From positions 144,708,001 through 144,772,000 of the forward strand of contig OX597814.1 of assembly GCA_951406725.2 (NCBI GenBank): DNA of 64,000 nucleotides, in the 5' to 3' direction. Within the stretch, counting starts at the first letter, position 1. Each line of letters begins with the position of its first letter. The translations under genes were made by a program, and so were the position numbers. The notes beneath the pieces are model-generated. The model was not told where the DNA came from and ran no database searches. It saw only the letters and a list, made by a program, of their open reading frames with translations. This DNA comes from Octopus vulgaris (Eukaryota). This document shows, piece by piece, positions 54,576 through 64,000 of this stretch.

Positions 54576-54943
54576 TTCTAACGACACATTTGGAAACACG
54601 GCAACAACTCAGATCTCATTCACATCTTGCTAAAAGAAAATTATTCTGATATTCTTAATATCAATAATAAAGGGAGAAATATCTACTTGGATCCTATTAA
54701 GAAACTCCAGATATAGGCTAGCTAACCGAGAGAACAATTGTTTGATACACTATATAACAAAAACAAGTGCACGTTTGCCTGAAGTCACTACAGACTACGG
54801 GAAATAAGGGAAATGACTTAGTGGACGTATAAAGTTACAGGGGATTGTTGGCTCTTCAAAGAAAAATTGGCGTTAGCTCTGGCCGATATCTGGGGCGAGA
54901 TCTTCTCTGTCGAGAGGAACGAGTAGTATGGAACTCTCTCTCT

Positions 54944-54981
<38 letters not shown>

Positions 54982-55479
54982 ACATATATACTAACACAAA
55001 CACGCATACGCACAGAAACATACACACACATTGCGAGAGAATGCGCGTGGTCTAGCTGCCAAGATGTTGGATTCAGGATCGTGCGTTTGATTCCTAGACC
55101 GAACAGCACGTGGTTTTCTTGAGCAAGTTACTTTACATCACTTTGTTCCAGTCTTCTCACTTGAAAATCCAGTTTTCTCCCCCATCTCCCTGTCATATCC
55201 TTGATGTTCCACTTAGTGGAACGTGAGAGCCGAAAGTGTGTCTACATCTGTTCTTAACTACAACGGCACATGAAACACTTAGCGAAAACATGGTACCAGC
55301 TATCAAGTCATACTTGTTTGTGCTTGACGTCTATAAATTATACATCCTGATAATACAAAGGACGGGATGAAGAGCTAAATTGAGCAGGTGCGTGACATAA
55401 CTGCTCCCATGCTAATTTCTCAAAATACGAGGAAAAAAATATGTCATCGTGAAAGCCATTATCGGTTCTTTGTCACTAT

Positions 55480-55885
55480 TTATTTCTTTATTACCCACAA
55501 GGGGCTAAACACAGAGGGGACAAGCAAGGACAGACAAACAGATTAAGTCGATTATATCGACCCCAGTGCGCAACTGGTACTTATTTAATCGACCCCGAAA
55601 GGATGAAAGGCAAAGTCGATCTCGGCGGAATTTGAACTCAGAACGTAGCGGCAGACAAAATACCTATTTCTTTATTACCCACAAGGGGCTAAACATAGAG
55701 GGGACAAGCAAGGACAGACAAACGGATTAAGTCGATTATGTCGACCCCAGTGCGCAACTTGTACTTAATTTATCGACCCCGAAAGGATGAAAGGCAAAGT
55801 CGGCCTTAGCGGAATTTGAACTCAGAACGTAGCGGCAGACAAAATACCGCTAAGCATTTCGCCCGATGTGCTAACGATCCCGCCT
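55480..55885 (-). mobile_element. SINE A dimer with Tx1-like tail
   Basis: Two ~185-bp units plus head in reverse orientation. Confidence 0.9.
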
Positions 55886-56903
55886 TTGTCCCTATTGCAA
55901 TACGATATATGGTGCTGGTGAGCACTGAAATGAGCGTTAACGAAATGTTTGCAAGTGGAGACCCTTTGGACATGACTTCCGAAAACGACAAAACGATTCC
56001 GGAATTGTGTCCTGTAGTTGGGGTGGAGAGGAAGAGCATTAAGATTGACTGTGCAATGAGCAAAGTACAACTGTTTCAAACGTGGAAGACTTAGTGAGTT
56101 TAAGAAAAGGGACAGCATAAACAGTAACAGCAGGTCACGAGGGAGGCTGGTCTTAGGGCACCACCACTCGCAACTGTGGAAGATATCGCCTCTTCCTCTG
56201 TTCCAAAAGCTGTCCAGGAAGTCGACAAGGAAACCATAGTTCCCTCCTCATAGCAGTACCAATACTTTGTATTATGATGATGGCTATGAAATGGAAAACG
56301 GAGAAGGAGGTGGCCAGTTGGGAGCAGATTGTCGGGGGAAGCTAGAAAAATGTAATGTAAAAATAAAAAAATATACAATGAGCTTCCGCATAGTTTTCGC
56401 CTAGCAACTTTCGTGAAGGCACTTGCTTAAAGTGCTATGCAGTATGACGCAAACTAGAATAAGAATTATTACACATACAATCATTTCAAGTTTGCCCTAC
56501 AAATCTGTAAGTTTCTCAAAAATTGTTATGGAAATAATGCAATTTTTTTTTTGTAAATTTGTAGTCAGTTTGGCATCGAAAAGATAACGAATTAAGCATC
56601 AATTTAGAACAAAATGTTATTGAAAATATTTTATTGTTCACTTTCAACTTGCATATAGATTATTGGTTTCGAAATTTTGAAAAGGAAATCAAACAACACG
56701 TTAAAAGAATTACACCTCCTTATATATATATAAATACACATACATACATATAAACGCACACACATACGCCCACACACACGCTCACGCATGCACGCACACA
56801 CACACACACACGCACACACTTATACATTTATGAGGATAGTATCTCACTGATATGAAAAACACAATGAACAAACATTCATTTACATATATACATGCATTTT
56901 TAC

Positions 56904-56983
<80 letters not shown>

Positions 56984-57287
56984 GTCCATCCGGTAGATTA
57001 TTACATACGGAGTATAGTGAGCTGAATTACTTCGATTAAGAGCGATTATCCTTTTAAGTGCCCTTCCACCTTATTACTCCTTAGTGAAATATATTCACCT
57101 CATTTAGCTGGGCTAAGTAGCGATCATTTATGTAAAGAGAGGAAAAATGACAACACTTATGAATAAAATAGGATAAAGTGAAAGTATTGGCTTGTCAGAT
57201 GAACTCCTTCGCTTTTTTCCCCATTTATTTTGCCATCTTTATTTTTTGCAAGCAGTTTTAACAATTCGGTAAGTTATACATTCTTCA

Positions 57288-57891
57288 TTATTACCTCCGC
57301 ATTAGCGAAAGCGAAGGTATTGTTTTCAGTTGTTTGTTTGTTTGTTTGTTTGTTTGTCCGTGGACAAGATATCTCAAGAACCGCTGGATGGATTCGGATG
57401 AAACTTTCAGGGATGTTTGACTTCGTGACTGGTACGAATTGATTAGATTTTGGGATCGATCCACTACCGGACAAGGATTCTGGATTATTTGTTATATTTA
57501 TTTTACATGATTACGATCTTACGTTAACTTTCAAGTCTTTCTCGGTTATCTCCTTTTAGGCTGTAGCTATTTTGAATGGTGAATTTGTTAACTTTGGTTT
57601 GTTTTAGATGAAGATAAACTATTTATTACTGTTACTAAATTTTCTACAGCCACCTTCACATTCCATGACTACCAGTGGGATCGATCAGGTGCCGGACAAG
57701 GATTCTGGATTATTTTTCCGGGGTTTTTACTTAATTTTTGAGAGCGGTCGAGTTCATTTTTAGTATTCTCGTTTATGAGAGCAGTCGAGTTTATTTCAGA
57801 TATTCTCATTTCAAAAATCATCCCTGGCTAATCGTTGAGAGGACGTTGGTGTTGCATTGGCAGAGGTTTGCACTCTCTGAGTGTTCTTGTT
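57288..57891 (+). mobile_element. Helentron-type non-autonomous element (DINE-1/HINE-like)
   Basis: 5' subterminal repeat acctccgc with adjacent inverted copy gcgaaggt, (GTTT)n tract, internal repeat ccggacaaggattctggattatt twice, 3' gcagaggt plus hairpin cactc-tct-gagtg. Confidence 0.75.
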
Positions 57892-57904
57892 GATCATGAT
57901 TTCT

Positions 57905-58706
57905 TGCTAATTATGATTTCTTGTCAATGCCTTGAAGATAGAGATTACAGGTCCTGACTTGAATAATTTTCATCGAGCTATATAGTTCAGCTCTTTGTTG
58001 TTGAACGAAAGTCTTCGAAGGCTGTCAGAAAACGACTGAAAAAGACGATAATCTGAAGGCATTGTATCAGGAGAATATGTTGGGTGCAGCAGAACTTTTC
58101 AACCGAGCTCTTGAATAGCATTTTTGGCCAAATTAGCGCCGCGAAGGCGAGCGCTGCCGTATTGCATCGAGGTTTTGGACCTTACTCATCGAGTGAATAT
58201 GATGGGCAACTGCATCATGAAAGCGGCCCATCTGACGGACCAATTCTGAAATGAACTGGGGCGGTTCCACATGAATCGATCCTCGTTGAAGTGAATTGGT
58301 CAGCCGAAACGTGGAGAGTCTGTGAGGTTAATTTTTTTCCCCTACTTGTAGCATGAAAATCATTTCTGTCCATTTCTTTCTAACAACAGTTCCATATCCA
58401 TACACATCATAAATGTCTGAAGCAGCTTTGGCAGCTTTGGAACCTTGATTAAAAGCGAAGAGAAGTAGGCATTGAAAATGCTCATTTTTTTTTCTACTCG
58501 GTATTCTATTATCATATGTATGAAAAGAGATAAAATACATTCATATTTAGAAAACAACAAACAAGAGTTGTATTGGAAGAGCAACAAAGAAAGACAAAAA
58601 GCACCCCCCCCGCAAAAAATCTACGAAACACTACGATAAAGATATTTTTCGTGTTAATTCAAATAACATCATAAAGAAACAAACGAATTTATCTGACAAC
58701 CCAATA
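57905..58706 (-). mobile_element. Decayed, internally deleted mariner transposon
   Basis: TIR tattgggttgtcagataaattcg; NEHFQCLLLFAFNQGSKAAKAA (HTH start); LHPTYSPDTMPSDYRLF (YSPDLAP motif). Confidence 0.85.
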
Positions 58707-58856
58707 CCTCAGATGAGAGTTCAGTAAGATAAATACACAAGTAGTGTGTTCTCAGATATGATACATAGCAGGCAAGGCTGTTTGGTTAAAATGTTTGTTT
58801 TGCACTCACGAGGTCTGGTTCGATCCCATTGCGTGGAAGCCCATACATATATGTTA

Positions 58857-58909
<53 letters not shown>

Positions 58910-59007
58910 TATATATAGGGAGAATTCAGCAAAAAAACTACAGGCGAAGACAGGTGGTATAGAAAACAAACAAATGTATTAGTATAACGCTCGGGAATTG
59001 AAAAAGT

Positions 59008-59043
59008 CTTTAACGTTTCGAGCCTACGCTCTTCCACAGAAAG
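59008..59043 (-). ncRNA. Minimal type-I hammerhead-like motif (A6U variant) in a ~150-bp unit 58916-59063
   Basis: Minus strand cttt-CTGTGGA-A-gagc(gtag)gctc-GAAA-CG-TT-aaag. Confidence 0.65.
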
Positions 59044-59061
59044 GAACACAGAAAGAAAGAA

Positions 59062-59151
<90 letters not shown>

Positions 59152-59477
59152 TTATAAAGACAAGTTTATATCGTTCCCTACTGACGTTCGGCATTGTGGT
59201 TATTTGCAACCTCTGCATTGTATGTTTCAAGTACAACTGGATGCTGAACCACACCAACAGAATTAACTAAATTAGCTTAGAATAATAGTTTCATATTTTT
59301 TTTATACTTAAGATCTAAACCGAATGTGAAATAAATAGTTAAAGAGCTGTAAACCTACTTTTGGGGCGCCCTGTATTATAGATGTTCTATTTTTCAGATT
59401 GACACTAGGCTAACTACTGGTGAAACTTTGAAGTCACTGTCAATACAATTATATACAAACAAATATATGTATATTTG

Positions 59478-59539
<62 letters not shown>

Positions 59540-59542
<3 letters not shown>

Positions 59543-59923
59543 CTAATGTAGGATAAAATTTTCTTCGAAAAAAAATTTTATCAATGGGCAGCATATCAAA
59601 AAATACCTTTAAAGGTTAAATTTATAAATAACTTCTAAAATAAGGGCAAAAGGAAAATTCTGATGCCAAATATGCCGAAAAAGACAAAATTGTCAATAAC
59701 CATTATAATTTATGCGTCTCAAAACATGCCGATAGAAATTTCTAAAAAATTCCGTTATTACCGTATTGGTTCCCCGAAATTGGGACCAATACGGTAATAA
59801 CAAAAATTTTTAGAAATTTCTATCGGCATGTTTCGAGACGCATAAATTATAATGGTTATTGACAATTTTGTCTTTTTCGGCATATTTGGCATCAGAATTT
59901 TTCTTTCGCCCTTATTTCATAAG
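59540..59923. repeat. Fold-back element, ~142-bp arms 59632-59774 and 59782-59923, 7-nt loop
   Basis: Near-perfect hairpin between (TA)n tracts; family of 40402-40703. Confidence 0.92.
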
Positions 59924-60039
59924 ATATATATATATATATATAATTTCAACAATTGAGGGTAAAATTAATTAATTATTAATTAATTTCACCAAGTGTTCAG
60001 TATGCAAAGGGACCATTTAAGGCGAATTCAAATTATTAC

Positions 60040-61088
<1,049 letters not shown>

Positions 61089-61261
61089 GTGTATGTATGT
61101 ATGCATGTATGTATGTATGTATGCATGCGTGTATGTATGTATGCATGTATATATGTATGTGTGTATGTGTGTATGTATGTATGTATGTATGTATGCATGC
61201 ATGCATGCATGTATGTATGTATGTGTGTATGTAAGTATGTATGTATGTATGTATATACACT

Positions 61262-61560
61262 CAAATTAAGGGAGTGGATCAGGTAAAATCCAGGCTATAT
61301 ATATTTCTTTGCTAGCAGATCCTCGGAAGCAATAATTACTCAACGAGGAGTACTCCACGAGACATTCATGAGGCCGAAGTTAACCTTACTTATATGAAGT
61401 CTGATGAGTAGCAAATGCACCACCCCTCGTTGAGTAAATATTACTTCCGAGGATCTGCTAAATAAGAAAGATATGTAGCCTGGATTTTACCTGTTTCACT
61501 CCCTTAATTTGGATTTTCATTTGCATTCACAGCAACCGTAGTTGCTAACCGTGCACTATA
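61262..61560. repeat. Fold-back element, arms ~61262-61348 and 61425-61511, with degenerate HHR 61398-61480
   Basis: caaattaagggagtg...tactcaacgagg and its reverse complement; CTGATGAgtagc...GAAAgatatgTAgcc. Confidence 0.85.
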
Positions 61561-61847
61561 TAAAAAAAGAAAAAGATCTGTCAGCTTATCGAATTTGGGT
61601 AAGGAAAAAAACTTGCAACCTTTTACGTCAATAAACTATTATTGTTCCTGAAAGTTGTTTTTTATATCTACCATTGATTGCTAGAAGCTTACTAACTTGC
61701 TACACCTAGATCCTTGGATCTTACAATTACATATCAATAACACACACACGCACGCACGCACAAATTTACATATACATAAATAGAAGCATACATGCATATA
61801 TGCATATGTGCGCGCGTGTGTGTGTGTGCGTGTGTCTGTTTGTGTGT

Positions 61848-61947
61848 GTGTTTCTTACTTTCTGTGTGTGCAGACAGAAAAGTCTAATAGCGATTAATAT
61901 ATAAATATATGTACACACACACACGTATATATACATTTATGTTATAT

Positions 61948-61991
<44 letters not shown>

Positions 61992-62796
61992 CATATATTT
62001 GACGGTTTTTCGTATTTTGTTCACACACGGATTTCGTCGACTCTAAGTCACGGTAGGAAACACCATATTACCCAATGCACCACATGGTCATCAAAATTTT
62101 GCATTGCAAAAAAAAGCCTTCTCAAGAAATGAACAAATGCATCTTAGCATCGTTGTTTTGGAAGCAACATTATAGTCTGTTGCAGCAATGATAACAACAA
62201 AGAATACAACAATAAGAAAATTAGTTAAAAAACATATAACAACAACAAAGATTAAAAAAAATGTAAAATTGTGTAAAAAAAAAACAGTGTGATAAATAAA
62301 CAAATAAAGGATGATAAATTAGCGTAGAATAATTAAACAGAGAAAAATAGTGAGAGAATAATTATTATTTTACCCCTGATTTTTCAATTATTTCGGAGAG
62401 ATACACACACACACACACGCGCATATACACACTCGTATATATACATGCACACATACACATATATACACACACACATACACAAACACATAGACATATATTT
62501 ATTTATTTATTTTTTTATTTAGATATTATCTTTTAATATATCATTCACATATTTTAAAATCAATTTAGAACATATTAATGTAATTATACATATGGACCCA
62601 GCCACCTACCCACTCAAATAAACACACACACACACGCGCGCATACACATGCCGACGTATATACATGTGTATTAGCATTTTCAGGTGTACAGAGATTTTGA
62701 TATATGTGTGTATATTTCTACATACAGACGCGCAACACTTTCTCACATACATATACACAAAAATACATATGCACTTATATCTCCAAGCACACACAA

Positions 62797-62840
<44 letters not shown>

Positions 62841-62868
62841 GCACATATATACATACACACACACACGC

Positions 62869-62899
<31 letters not shown>

Positions 62900-62923
62900 C
62901 ACTCACACATATATATGCCTATG

Positions 62924-62961
<38 letters not shown>

Positions 62962-63061
62962 ATGTAACATAAATGTATATATGCGTGTGTGTTAGTGTAT
63001 ATATTTATATATTAATCATTATTAAACTTGTCTGTCTGCACACACAGAAAGTAAGAAACAC
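61848..63061. repeat. Long-range inverted repeat, arms ~61848-61915 and ~62994-63061
   Basis: gtgtttcttactttctgtgtgtgcagacaga versus tctgtctgcacacacagaaagtaagaaacac. Confidence 0.85.
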
Positions 63062-64000
63062 TGGTGCCACCAAACTTTAAACTTGATATTAATTGGAATG
63101 TCATTTTCGTTAGAAATATTTCTGATTATCGCAATGTTGTTGTTGAACGCTAAACTGTCTATAATTCAGATGGAATAACATTGGTACTGTCAATAGTTCC
63201 ACGATAAGTTGCCTATGGTTATTGCATTTCTGAAATATTTGAAAATTTATATTCAAAAGTTGTTGATGATTTTTCTTTTATTTGTTGTTTGTACTGTTGC
63301 AGTTAAGGTTTTAGGACTCAAAGTTACTTGTTGTTATCCACTTCTAAATCTGTAAGTATTTTTAGAACATAAAGTTTCTTGAATAGAGAAAGCAGGTTTC
63401 CAGATCAAAGCAAAGCTCAGCATTTTTGTTGGAAGAGACTTAGTAAGTTAATTACTGGTATTTGACTTGTATTTTATCGTAATGTTCCGTAAAGAATTAG
63501 TGACAAAGGGGGCCTGAGCAGCATTTGAATCCGTTTGAATTTCAGGAGAGGAAATAAAATATCGAAAAGAAATTTTCCTATACCGTACTGACTGTGCCAA
63601 ACGACTACTTTGATCTAGATTTGGAACATAGACCCAAAGCCACAATTTATGGGGAGTAGAGACAATAGAGGTAATACAGAAGGGAGACATGGTGTGGATG
63701 TAGTGACTGATGAAGGAGTGAGAAAATGTGCTTACTCTGAAGACACAGCTTTCATGAGGTGTCTGATGATTGCGTTATCCACGACCGGCATTTCAATTAC
63801 ATTTTTCACGACCTGTATGAAAACAAGTTTGAAGATTTTCTAGCAAATGAAAAGGTCGTCTATTTCAAAGTACCACTTCACTTAGCGATAACGAATAAGA
63901 CTTAGCATTATCATTTTATAAATAATTAATCTAGGTTTTAAGAAGATAAGTAGGTACAGGAAGAATATAAGAAATAGAAGCACGACCAGGTTGTAAAAGT

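Noticed and set aside
55890-56350. Possible exon or LINE ORF1 zinc knuckle (YNCFKRGRL)
   Set aside because: Too degenerate to call

Overview
AT-rich, microsatellite-saturated animal genomic DNA. The SINE families and repeat landscape are most consistent with an octopus (coleoid cephalopod) genome; this is inference from recognition, not from a search. No intact protein-coding gene, RNA gene or CRISPR array is supported, and most long ORFs in the track are microsatellite translations. The window is a mosaic of three tRNA-derived SINE families, decayed LINEs (R4/Dong, RTE, Tx1/L1, CR1-like), hAT and mariner remnants, MITEs, a Helentron-type non-autonomous element and Penelope-like elements (PLEs). 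The most striking signal is about 11 minimal type-I hammerhead-ribozyme (HHR) motifs from about 6 sequence families. Several have non-canonical cores (U3-A8, A6U, extra A). They sit in 150-550 bp units, many of them fold-back (inverted-repeat) elements, mostly embedded in (TA)n tracts. One HHR lies at the 3' end of a frameshifted RT+GIY-YIG Penelope element with inverted termini (47768-49608). Another pair forms a 284-bp double-hammerhead hairpin with a 13-bp target-site duplication (52909-53192). Also notable: a SINE whose 3' tail matches the Tx1-like LINE 3' end and which appears to insert into its own family, and a ~950-bp near-perfect palindrome (60040-60985). A few weak candidate host exons are noted.
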